Assembly: GCA_030141605.1 (NCBI GenBank) | Contig: JAQGDQ010000350.1 | Span: 166,098 to 230,097 of the forward strand | Direction of reading: 5' to 3' | DNA: 64,000 bases | Origin: Tubiluchus corallicola | Lineage: Eukaryota; Animalia; Priapulida | The notes under the pieces: model-generated | The model's input: the letters and a program-made list of their open reading frames with translations, nothing else | Database searches by the model: none | What the model was told of the DNA's origin: nothing | Part shown: positions 1 through 10,996 of the stretch, piece by piece | How positions within the stretch are numbered: position 1 is the first letter of the stretch | Layout: each line of letters begins with the position of its first letter | Made by a program: the position numbers and the translations under genes

Positions 1-226
1 CATTTTCGCTTTCACAAACACCTGCAACACGTTCGTGGAATATTTTTGCTGTTGAAAATTACGTTAGTTTGTGATGTCATCAGTAGTTGGGCTCGCCCGC
101 CGTTAATTAAGATTTTAATCTATCATTTAGTTATCAGAAACGCTTTTGCAGTATTAATCGTATTAAAATGTATACTTTTATCGGAAAATGGGATAGTATG
201 TGAAAACACATCCTGTCTTCCTTTAA
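1..226. mobile_element. End of a dispersed TTAA-terminated DNA-transposon-like repeat (Kolobok-like terminus); related copies at ~11000-11330, ~15120-15480 and inverted at ~56203-56600
   Basis: The stretch gctcgcccgcc...gttttaatctat...ttatcaga..tgctttt...gtgttaaaatgtat recurs in four places. This copy ends ...cctgtcttcctttaa and the inverted copy starts cttaaagtaagacagg. Superfamily is inferred from the TTAA|AG terminus only. Confidence 0.55.
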
Positions 227-468
227 CTCAAAGTATTGATTTGTGTACAACATGTGAAAATACTGACGTTGGTGGAATAAAATAATCTCATTCATACCAA
301 CTTTGTAAGACAAAATTCCCAGGTGCCTTAAAAACTAGGCCATTCATTTATGGCATAGCTTAAAGCTGATTACTACAGGTTTTGTTTACAAGAGCCATTA
401 TGGCTTTTCAATATTTACCTTTGTTTGTGTTTAATAAACATATTTATGCTTATAAAATGTTTGACCAT

Positions 469-2935
469 TCACTCGACCTTTTTTAACGAATCATAAAATT
501 TTCTGATGTCATTTGCCTCCAGAAAGAGGTCATCTTCACGTATAAAAGGCCCTCTAAGCTCAGAGTTACAAGAAGTTTTCTGAAGACAAGACACGAGCTT
601 ACAAAGATCGCCTGGAAACATAAGGTAAAACAAGTTGGTTTTTTGCTGTACATTTACATCGGTAGATAAGCTTATTCTTATTATTCTCAATGTTGTTGCT
701 GGGGTAGTCACTTCCACTGTCACTGCGGTTGTGGTTGCCACAGTCGTTGTCGAAGTTGTTGTTGTTTTTACATCACTAAAAGTAACACTTTCTACTTAAA
801 AGTAAAATTTACTCAATTGTGCGAGTCGATATACAACTGCAAAACGAATGTGTTTTACAATGAATAAAAGTTTTTTCTTTTTTTTTCAGAGGAACTGTAA
901 CATTTGGATTCTCAATGAAGACAATAATCATTTCGCTGATTGTTATGATGGTTGCTGTATTTGCAGTTATCCACGCTGAAGATGAGGAAGGCAGTGGTTA
1001 GTTTAATTCATGTTTTAATAAAACATCACAAAGCACGCTAGTGTTAATATTTGTTACTAAACTAAATGTAAAACTCATATCTAAACTAAAATGTTGCCTA
1101 TAAAGCCTGGGATCGTCATCAAAAATTGCATTAAATTTTAATTTTAATAAATTCACTGCAGCGCCTCTTACGTGTACTCACTAAAATGGAAATAGTATAT
1201 TTCGCTTTTTGTAATTGTGTGTTAAATATAGTACGTGTATTCGAACTCTACAATTCTGTTATACGAATCGAAAAAGAGAAACCAATAGCCACTCATGATA
1301 AGAGGGTCAAGGGGTCAGAGAGAAAGACAAAGATGTGAATGCATCGGGCTAATATCAGCAGAAAAGGACCTCATATAGCTAATTTGCTAGTGACGAAATG
1401 TTCTTTTGACAATAAAGCTGTGTCAGAACATCCTGACGATGTCCTTTTTGAATTGACTTTATAAATTCAAATGTTTTTTTTTTTCATTTTTAGAAGCTGT
1501 CGAGAAACAATTCTCGTTTGAGAAGGTCGATCCTTCCTTGGAAAGGAGCAGTTATTACTGTAGAAGTAAGTTAGTTATATTTTCACAAAATGCTATTAAA
1601 TTAGATTTCCTTCTGTATAAAATGCTTTAAGACTTTAACAGTCAGCAATGTACATGAATATTATTGATATAAAAATGTTTTGACTTTACGTGATTAACAT
1701 AACCTATAGGGTGGTCGATACAGGGTGATGCGATAAATCGCAGTTTTGTAACTTTGTCTGTACAAAAACAGCCTCATTGGTTTGATGAAAACTCAATTCT
1801 TTGATTTGTTTAGATGGACACACCCCTCGATGTCACTATGAATGTACACGCATAGGTTACTTCACTGGATTCTGTGACTGCAGATTCGATTGCTATTGTG
1901 GACGATGCTAGAAGATTACTTAATGATCGTCTTGTAAATAATTGTCTGTTGTGGTGAAATAATGAAAGTAGATTAAGTATGATCTTCTGTGATTTAATCT
2001 TTGCAAGAGCAAGTTAATTATTTTTACTCATATTTTCTTAGGATATGATATTGATTATTGAGATTTTTCTAATGATCTAGTATAAAATGATAAAACCAAT
2101 GTGAAGTTGGTTTGATTAACTCATTCTGACATAAACTTTGCAATCTTTATGTAAATTTCGTCAAAGCATATTTCATATTTTTAGACAGTTCGTGCTTAAA
2201 CGTATAAGTTCTAATACCCACGATTTAATGAACATAGCAATGCATTCTTTATAACTGTGACAATAATTGATTCTTAAGTATTAATTTTGTTCCTAGATTT
2301 CAGAGCTATCATGTTATTTACCCTGTGTATTTATTCAAAGATTTAATTACGACATTCATTGTAATTCGAAAACAAAAAACATAACAATAAAATTTTTTTT
2401 CAGATTTACGAAATCGTGTTTTGTTTCATAGTGTAGTGTAGTGTAGTGCAGTGTAGTGTAGTGTAGTGTAGTGTAGTGTAGTGTAGTGCAGTGTAGTGTA
2501 GTGTAGTGTAGTGTAGTGTAGTATAGTTTATTATAGTGTCACCTTTCATTTTACAACAATTTAAAACACAAAAGTACGCACAGTTACAGTAAAATGCTTT
2601 ATCGACAGAGTTATGAGACACCTTAGAAATCATTAAAACATCATTTTACCCATAAATTAAAACAGTAATTAAACAAACATTAACACATTATCATTACACT
2701 ACTTAAAAATGTTCTTTTTTCCAGCATTAGGAGGCAAATTTTGGCATATTCTTTTAAACAAATATACCTGACAGTATCTGACATAATTTATCATTAACGT
2801 TGAACATATTAAAATCATTGATTTTTGGGCTGAGACACTGGAATAACAAAACGCGAATATCATCATAAATGGGACAACGAAAAAAAAAACATGTTTTTCA
2901 GACCTGACGCAGAAAATGACACAGTCTTTCATCAT
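469..2935 (-). CDS. Putative novel secreted protein (~190 aa): signal peptide, Cys-rich domain, Thr-rich stalk, C-terminal 3-Cys region
   Basis: Three ORF-track fragments join in phase through GT-AG sites. Exons are 2935-2768 (donor CAG|GTATAT, phase 0), 2621-2543 (acceptor tttctaag|, donor AAG|GTGACA, phase 1) and 794-469 (acceptor ttttacttttaag|). Product: MMKDC...FFFVVPFMMIFAFCYSSVSA|QKSMILICSTLMINYVRYCQ-VSHNSVDKAFYCNCAYFCVLNCCKMK-VESVTFSDVKTTTTSTTTVATTTAVTVEVTTP...LKKVE*. All four Thr codons are used in the stalk. No family recognised. Confidence 0.5.
540..624 (+). promoter_or_regulatory. Candidate TATA box and non-coding first exon of the defensin-like gene
   Basis: GTATAAAAGG at 540-549 and donor AAG|GTAAAA at 624/625. 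A strong acceptor (T-rich)CAG ends at 889, 25 nt before the ATG at 915. This overlaps the putative antisense terminal exon, so one of the two readings may be wrong. Confidence 0.4.
915..1911 (+). CDS. Secreted 8-cysteine CS-alpha-beta defensin-like prepropeptide (83 aa)
   Basis: Exons 915-996, 1494-1565 and 1814-1911, with two phase-1 GT-AG introns. Translation: MKTIIISLIVMMVAVFAVIHA (signal), EDEEGSEAVEKQFSFEKVDPSLER (acidic propeptide), SSYYCRNGHTPRCHYECTRIGYFTGFCDCRFDCYCGRC*. Carries the CxxxC...GxC...CxC signature of invertebrate defensins. Confidence 0.88.
2428..2523. repeat. (GTGTA)n pentanucleotide microsatellite
   Basis: Direct reading; occasional GTGCA variants. Confidence 0.95.
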
Positions 2936-3924
2936 CTGGGATATTACTGTACCGTCCAATTTCTTTCAAATAGGAACAACCCCACATCTAAATTTAGCTT
3001 TTGGGCGATATACTTGATACATATAATTAAGCGTTACAGTCTTTTTTAAAAAGCTTATAGTGTGGTTTAAACTATGCACCTAATTACATAGGCCTAAACT
3101 CGCTGTCGGAACACCGATAACTGAAATTCCTTATGTAGAAAAATCACTTCTCAGTGCATGATATACATTCAGATGCAGTGATCAGACCCGGGAAGAAGGA
3201 ATTTTTCATAACGGATTTCTTTCCTTACTAATGCTGTGTCGTGTGAAGTTTGACACTGATTTCGCCTCGGTGACCTGGCTATACACGCATAAATAAAGGA
3301 AAAGGTTAACATGAAAAATATTTAATACTTTACAGAATTTTCACTACCAATTTTCAAGGTTCGTTCTCAAAGTCACGTGACCTTACCTATTTATGCGTCA
3401 AAATTACATGGCCGTTTGAAATGTGAATTACCTTCAGTAGGCCTACATAAATCAGATCCTACAGACTGCAATGGCCAACTGTTTCACAGTGATGTTTGCT
3501 AAGTAGGCTACTAGCGGTACATAATTGTGCAAAGTTTTAATAGTACATTGAGCTGGGTGAGTGCTTGGTAGCATAGTAATATATCAGCAACTTCGTTATC
3601 TATAGGTTACAACAGGTAGGCAGATGCACAAGCCATAATATAAATACAATTGACCCTATTAGTCTGCAAAAATGTTCTGAAAACACAGCACGTAGATTTA
3701 CTAAACACAACTACGTCACTGGTTTCACAGCACCACTTCCGTAAGCAGACTTGTATGGTACATATCACAAAATAAGAATCCTGACATATGCAAAACAACA
3801 GTGCAGCAGCAAAGTGTATTGCAATTACAAATGCGTTGGTTTTTGACAGTTATATACATTTAGTAATACAAATGCTATAATTATTATAATAAAATAATAT
3901 AATCAGTACAACACAAATATAAAT

Positions 3925-6132
3925 CTTCTCACCTTCTCACCATCCTCCTGGTAGGTTTTCATCTGTCAGCCGCCGAACACTTGATAACGTCTCTCCAGGT
4001 GTCTCTGTCTTCATACGTCTTCTCCTCCTCCACATCCACCAGTCGGATTCCTCTCCTCGCAAGCGCCTCTCCAACTCCATCAAGCCATCTCTTCCGGGGC
4101 CTTCCCACTGGTCTTTTGCCTTGCGGCTTCCATTCAAGATATTTCTTTGCCAGTCTCGTGTCGTCCATCCGCTTAATATGCCCATACCACCTCAACTTGC
4201 TCTCCTCAATCTCTCTCAAGAGTGGTTTCACTGAGAGGTCTGACCTTATCTGTTCACTTCTGAGTCTGTCTATCCTTGTTACACCCCTTATAGTCCGAAG
4301 AACTTTCATTTCCGCTGCCTGTAGTCTTGAGGATGTCTTCGTTGTAAGTGACCAACATTCAGTTAGTTCCATATGTTAGTATTGGTTTCAATATTGTGTT
4401 ATATATAGTTGTCTTGACTTGCTTGGGTATGCACTTCTCTTTCAATAGGGGATACATCATCATAAAATTTCATGTATATTTCTCAATCCTCGCACTCAAC
4501 TCCGTTTCCTGAATATTTCCTTCATCCACAACCACCCCAAGGTATTTATAGGAATTTGCCTGGTGCAGCTTCCTGTCTTCCATATACACATCAAATTCCT
4601 CTCTTCTACGGCTTATGTGCATGAACTCAGTCTTTCCCTTTGCCGTGTTTATGCTCATTCCATTATTATTCATTGTTGATAACCATGAACTGGCCACACC
4701 CTGCAGTTCTTGTATGGTGTCCACCATCACTGCCACGTCGTCCGCGTAGGCGAGGACTTGCTGGTTTGGTCGTGGGTTTGTATCTCTGATGCACTTGTCC
4801 ATGAATATGATATATAGGAGCGGGGACAACCCGTCTCCTTGTCTTACACCTGCTTCGATGTTAAACCAGTCAGTCTCCACGTCTCCTTTTCTTACCTTAC
4901 TCACACTATTGCTATAGATGCTCTTGATAACTCTTATCAGCTTTTTGGGAACAGAATACGGCGGCTCCGACATAATCTTCCAAAGCAGCTTTCTTGGGAC
5001 ACGGTCAAAAGCTTTCTCCATATCAATGAAGAGAGCAAATTTGTCCCTTCCCCACTCCCAGCTTTTCTCCATTATCATCTTCATCACAAACACAAGATCT
5101 GATGTACTTCGTCCTGGTCGAAATCCGTACTGCCATTCTCCCAATCTAACCTCGACATGTGTACGAAGCCTCCTCTCGATTATACTACTGTATAGCTTTC
5201 CACAGTGGGACAATAGGGAAATGCCCCTAAAATTTTCACAAAGAGCTTTATCTCCCTTTTTAAATATCGGGTTAATGACTCCTCTCTGCCACTCTGGTGG
5301 TACAGTTTCTTGTCTGTATGCGTCCTGCATTATGGTTAGCAGGAGCTTCTGCGCCTCCTCCCCAGCTTCCTTCACAAATTCTACAGGGAGGTCATCATCT
5401 CCTGTTGCTTTACCTCTCTTCATCCGTGTTATGACCCCCGAGATCTCAGCTCCCGTGATGTCCTCGATGAGTTCATTCGGGTCGATCTCTAGGTCCACAT
5501 CCACTTCCAATTCTTCACTTCCTCGTACGTTGAGCAAATCATCAAAGTAGTCTCTCCATCTGTTAGCGATGTCATCTGGTTGCACGAGCAATTGTCCATT
5601 TTGATCTTTAATTGCGTAGGTTTGTTCTTTAGCACTACTTCTGTAATTCTTTGTCATTGAGTAGAGCAATTTCTTTGTTCCTGCATAGTCAGCCTTCAAA
5701 TCCTCTCCGATGTTTTCCCACACTCTAATCTTTTCTTCTTTCTTTACTTTTTCAGCTCGATTCCTGGCTAGTTCGTATTCTCGTCTATCTTCGGGTCTTC
5801 TTCTCTTCATCCACTTTCTGAATCATCCCATCTTCTCTTTAACTGCACTCTTTACTGCTTCCGTCCACCAAGGTGTAGTTTTCTTCCTTCCTTGATACGA
5901 CTTTTTAGAGCCCAATGTATCTGCTACGGCAGATGAAACGATTTCTTTATATGTTTCCCAGTCTCTATTTTCAGCTTCCACTATTTTGTTGTTTATAACT
6001 TCTCTCATAGTGTCGGCAGTTTCTGAGTCTCTCAATTTTTCTATATTAAATCTCTGTTTCCCCTTCTTTTTCGGTAGCTTTTCTGTTTTCCATGTCAGTG
6101 TTGCTATCACCATGCTATACACATGTTGTGTA
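3925..6132 (-). mobile_element. 5'-truncated RTE-clade non-LTR retrotransposon (disabled)
   Basis: ORFs 6140-5823, 5810-4470 and 4372-3959 form one RT ORF, with motifs QYGFRPGRST, FIDMEKAFD, GVRQGDGLSP, YADD and C-terminal GKRPVGRPRKRW. It is broken by in-frame TGA at 5825-5823 and 4472-4470 and by a 4-bp AACT duplication near 4365. The 3' tail is (GGTGAGAA)x2. An 18-bp TSD tacaacacaaatataaat sits at 3907-3924 and 6133-6150. Confidence 0.93.
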
Positions 6133-6147
6133 TACAACACAAATATA

Positions 6148-6316
<169 letters not shown>

Positions 6317-9300
6317 GAATAACAATAACGCTAATCAATTTTTTCTTGTATGTAAGCAGACTTACGCACTCTGCTCTTTTCATTTTTCAAGAAAGATGGC
6401 GCCACGGAGCAACAGTCTAAATTAATGTATACAGGCAGCAAATTAAAATGCATATAATGACTTGATGATACACAGTAAAAATTGTAGATTGGTTACGATT
6501 ATGATGATAATAATAATTAGTTCACAAGAAATTCGGCAAGACACATTTACCCGAGAAATGTTACAGAAGTAATTACATTATCATTAATTGTTCCAGAGTA
6601 ACATTCTGATATGGATGAGGATGACGTGAGCAAACTCCAAAACTCAATGGACTCTAACGCTTAGGGTTATTTCAACTGGATCTTGAATATAAGGCTTAGC
6701 TTTTAATTTTGCACGTGGCTGTTTAAGGTCGCGATTTTCTTAGTAAAGAAACTTTTGGATTACGAGGTTCACGTGCGTGAAATTTCACTGTAAATGGCAA
6801 CAGAGTTATGTAACTCTAACGATGCAACTCCATGCGTAATCCGCAATGCGAATACAACAGTTTGCTTTTAATCATGTAGTGTTTGCATGTGTGCGTAATG
6901 CGTGATGCGTATTCATTCAAACGTGGTCGCTGTTGTCCGAATACGCGTCACTCGGCAATACGCAAACGGAAAACCGCCGTTGCCACAAACTTTATTGTAT
7001 GAGATCATTATAAAAGGGAAGAGAAACAGGACAGCGAATAACTTTAACTTTCACAGTTCTACTATATTTGTTTACCACATTCCGTACTCTTTGGTATTAC
7101 GATGTTCTGTACTGTAATCAATGCTGCAAGTATGAATCTTAAAGTTGGCCTTAGTTGGGCAACTATATAAGTGGCGCCATCTCTTATCGATTTACGTAAC
7201 TCTAACCTGGTACTTACAAATTATTAATTTTTTTGCTTTAGCTGTTTTAAGTTGTTAGTTTTTTTCGGTCTGTATCATTTACTAAAACGTCCAATCATAT
7301 AATATCGCCTGTACCAGCTAAATGAATTATAGGATTAGCTAAAGATTTGAACATAAACCCAGATTAACAAACAATAAGAGATCCACCACTCCAAAACAAC
7401 CACTCTGCACCAACCCCACCCACAATACATCATTCTACATAGCACCAAACACCACCACCCACACCATACTATCCCACCTCAGTTGTGAAAGGAAACAGCA
7501 GAATGGAGACACTTTATTGGCTACTATATTTAAGCGCCGTGGTACCACTAACCCTCGTTGATAAAATGGATGGGTGAGCAGTGGAAAACTGATTCAAACT
7601 GTTTAAACACTATTTATCTTGCAGAGTAACAGAGTACAGACATATGAATAAAAAATTATCCTATAAAATTTTAATATTAATATTAACGCGCCTTTGCTCC
7701 ACAAGGGAGTTATTTTTTTCCAATTTGGATATGTAATATTTATGATTTTGATCTAGAAAAAGTCCATTAAAGGAAAACTGTTGCATGTTCAAAAAAGCTG
7801 GATGCACAAAAAGAAACAGGCATTCGGCAAAAAAATTCTACCGCAGGTGGCGCTTCAGTGCCACGTTAGTTAATATGCATGGGTAAAATTTGTATGGAAA
7901 CCGATAGAAGCAAATAAAATCGGAAATTACAATTCACCTGGCGCCATCTATGGTGTAGCATAGCAATCGTTTTCATTGCATTAGCAAATAATTGTCTTGT
8001 TCTTAAAGACTGCATGTGTCCTAAAATGATGCATGTTCAGATTCACAGTAAGTGACAGTCTGGCTCATAGTGTCTTCTGTTCATAAGTGTTCATATCTTT
8101 GAGTTGTCGTAATAGCAATCTCATATTTATTCTCATTCACATCATTTCACTAACCTAATCCTACTAATTCCTGCATTCTCCACTATCATTCCATCATTTT
8201 TACCTTCCATTTTTTGCATCTCAACACCAGCACCATTGGTATGCATATAGTCACATAATGCTTCTGACTAGAATGCAAGCAACAATTTATATAGATATCA
8301 TGTCATGTCGATCTTATTATGAATTTAATGTTACTGTGTATACCATGTTATCGTAATGTGTTTTGCTATATTGTATTGTTGTTTTGATAAAAAAAACAAA
8401 ATTTTAAAAATGTCATGTTACTGACAATGTAGAGATCACCAACAGGCAGAGATGCGTGGAAAAGAATTAGTTCTGAGTGAATTATTAGAATCTTAAGATT
8501 TATTAGTAATTACAGAAACTCTCAATAATTATTAACTGAAGTTTTGGAAAAACTTTGAAAATCTGAAAATATTCAAAAATTTCTTACAATAACTTTCAAT
8601 TATTCGATATTTGAAGTTATTTGTTGTGTTGCACTTTCATTAATATATGAATTCTTTAATCATTAAGCATGATAATTAATTATTTGAAAGTGCAAACACA
8701 CAGTTGACAGTCTAGATTGAGCAAGTCATCTGATCTCCTTTTCCAATACCTCAAATTTAGTGTGATATAGGCTATAGTCTTTTTATGTTTATTTGGAAGA
8801 AAGCAATTTAAACAGAAATTCACTGAGTCAGCAATTTAGTGTACAGAATACTAATTTAAGATGTTGGGTATTAAGCTTTTGACTACATATAACTGAGGAC
8901 ATACGGCAAAATATTGATATAAAAAAATACACTAGTTTTTACTGCAACAAGAATACTTATTTATTTTATTTACATGGTATAAATAAGTTTAATGATATCT
9001 GATGACAAATACAGTCAACGTCGATTATAAGATACTTGCTTATAAGGGAGATTCGCTTACAAGAGACCACCAACACCGATCCCGATTTTTCGTAACGTTT
9101 TTTCGAGGTAAAAATCTTCGTATATAAGGTACTCGGATATAAGTGGATATCTTCAAGTCCCGCGTAAATAGTAATCTATGTAAATTACCTCGCTACCTAA
9201 AATTACCTTAAATCAGGGACCTACGATCAGTGCAAAAATGATAGATTTTTTAACTTCAATTTTTCGCAACTCGGCTTTCAAACCAGTTTCCGCAGTCACA

Positions 9301-9380
9301 TACATCTCGCATCACTGAAGGAGCTTCCTACATATTGTTTGTACTTTAATCCATAAAACTCCATTGCGACTAAACTTTAA

Positions 9381-10712
9381 CTAGGACCACTGAATTTTAC
9401 TGGAGAGGTTTTGCTTCTGGTGAGTTTTCACATGTCCTGCTAATGATCCAGATTGAGTGAAAGCTACACTACACTGATTACATTTATAAGGTTTCAGTCC
9501 TGTGTGAGTTGTTATATGTCGCTTTAAAGTGCTTGATTGTGCAAAAGCAGCATCGCAGCTATCACACTTGTAAGGCTTTTCTCCTGTGTGAGTTCTTACG
9601 TGTTCTTTTAAGTGTCTTGATTGTGCAAAACGTGCATTGCAGTGGCAACACTCATACGATTTTTCACCTCTAAGAGTTTTTAAGTGTCGTTTTAAATTGC
9701 CTAAATGAGCAAAAGTAAGAGAACAGTGGTCACATTTATAAGGTTTTTCTCCTGTATGAATTCTTAAATGTTCTTTTAAGTTTCCAGACCGTTTAAAAGC
9801 GGCTTTGCACCAAATACATTTAAAAGGTTTTTCATCATTGTGAATCCCCAAATGACATTTTAAGAGGCTTGAATGAGAAAAGGCAGAGTTACATAAGTCA
9901 CATTTAAATGGCTTCTCTTCGGTGTGTGTTCTCAAATGTTTCTGCAATGAACTTGATGCAGTATAAGCGGCGTCACACTGATTACATTTATATGGTCTCT
10001 CTCCTGTATGAATTCTTACATGACGTTTTAAAGTATTTGGCCAAGAGAATGCAGCATCACACTCATCACATTTGAAAGGCTTCTCTCCTGTGTGAGTTCT
10101 CATATGACTTTTCAAACTCCAAGCTTTAATGAACGCAGCATCACATTGCGAACATCTGTAAGGTTTTTCTCCTGTGTGAGTTCTAACATGACGCTTATAA
10201 TCGCACGGAAAAATAAATTCAGCTTCACAGTAATCACATTTTAAAGGTTTATCTTTGTCGTGGGTTCGTATGTGATGTCTCAAAGAACCGGAGTTAGAAT
10301 AAACAGCTCCACAATGTTCGCATACAAATACCTTTTCTTCACAGACATCATCACCATGATCGCCATGATGTGCCACACCTTCTACAGCTTCAGTTGAGAT
10401 GTTAGTCTCTTGTTCTTCAGGCATGAAAGTATCTTGATCATCATGGTATGCCATTTCACTGTTGCTGTAAGTTTTTACATTGAATGTTGACACTTCTGGT
10501 TCACATTTCACTGGCGCAGAAAAATCTTCTACATCCTGATTTATCAATTCTTCATTACCACAATTTGTTGTCACATTTCCTAAAACACAAGTTTCAATTT
10601 TTGGAACGACAACAACTGCTTGAACATTGTTGTCGCAATCTTCTGTGACATTTTCTAAAACATTATGTTCCATTTTAACACTTACAAAGTCTGTCTGAAC
10701 AGTTGGATTCAT
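9381..10712 (-). CDS. C2H2 zinc-finger protein, 443 aa, 11 tandem fingers (8th lacks its final His), acidic N-terminus
   Basis: Repeated CxxC-x12-HxxxH with TGEKP(Y/F) linkers. Single coding exon preceded by the acceptor tttctttttggcag| at 10741. Confidence 0.93.
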   Translation of the reverse strand: MNPTVQTDFVSVKMEHNVLENVTEDCDNNVQAVVVVPKIETCVLGNVTTNCGNEELINQDVEDFSAPVKCEPEVSTFNVKTYSNSEMAYHDDQDTFMPEEQETNISTEAVEGVAHHGDHGDDVCEEKVFVCEHCGAVYSNSGSLRHHIRTHDKDKPLKCDYCEAEFIFPCDYKRHVRTHTGEKPYRCSQCDAAFIKAWSLKSHMRTHTGEKPFKCDECDAAFSWPNTLKRHVRIHTGERPYKCNQCDAAYTASSSLQKHLRTHTEEKPFKCDLCNSAFSHSSLLKCHLGIHNDEKPFKCIWCKAAFKRSGNLKEHLRIHTGEKPYKCDHCSLTFAHLGNLKRHLKTLRGEKSYECCHCNARFAQSRHLKEHVRTHTGEKPYKCDSCDAAFAQSSTLKRHITTHTGLKPYKCNQCSVAFTQSGSLAGHVKTHQKQNLSSKIQWS

Positions 10713-10996
10713 AGTGATTATTCATGAGCTTCATCTGTATCTGCCAAAAAGAAACAAAAGACAAAAATAAAGGCTCGTATTTTATTAAATAATAATTTTC
10801 TAAATAAGAGTAAAGGACAATTCAACATAATGTGTACAAGAATAAAAGAAATAAAAGAAAATTCAAAAAATATAGCCTATAAAAGTAAGTTGAGATTGTA
10901 ATTGATACAGCTAGCCAAATGAAATCTGATCAAAAGGGAAGCTTTTTCAGCCCAGTCGTTGTATTCAAGCATACTCACTTAAAAAAGGTACCACTC

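Noticed and set aside
2543-2830. Insulin-like reading of the Cys-rich module (ICSTLMINYVRYC resembling a B chain)
   Set aside because: Spacing is C-x10-C rather than C-x11-C, and there is no CC-x3-C-x8-C A chain.
3981-5895. Plus-strand ORFs overlapping the RTE
   Set aside because: Antisense shadows of the RT ORF.
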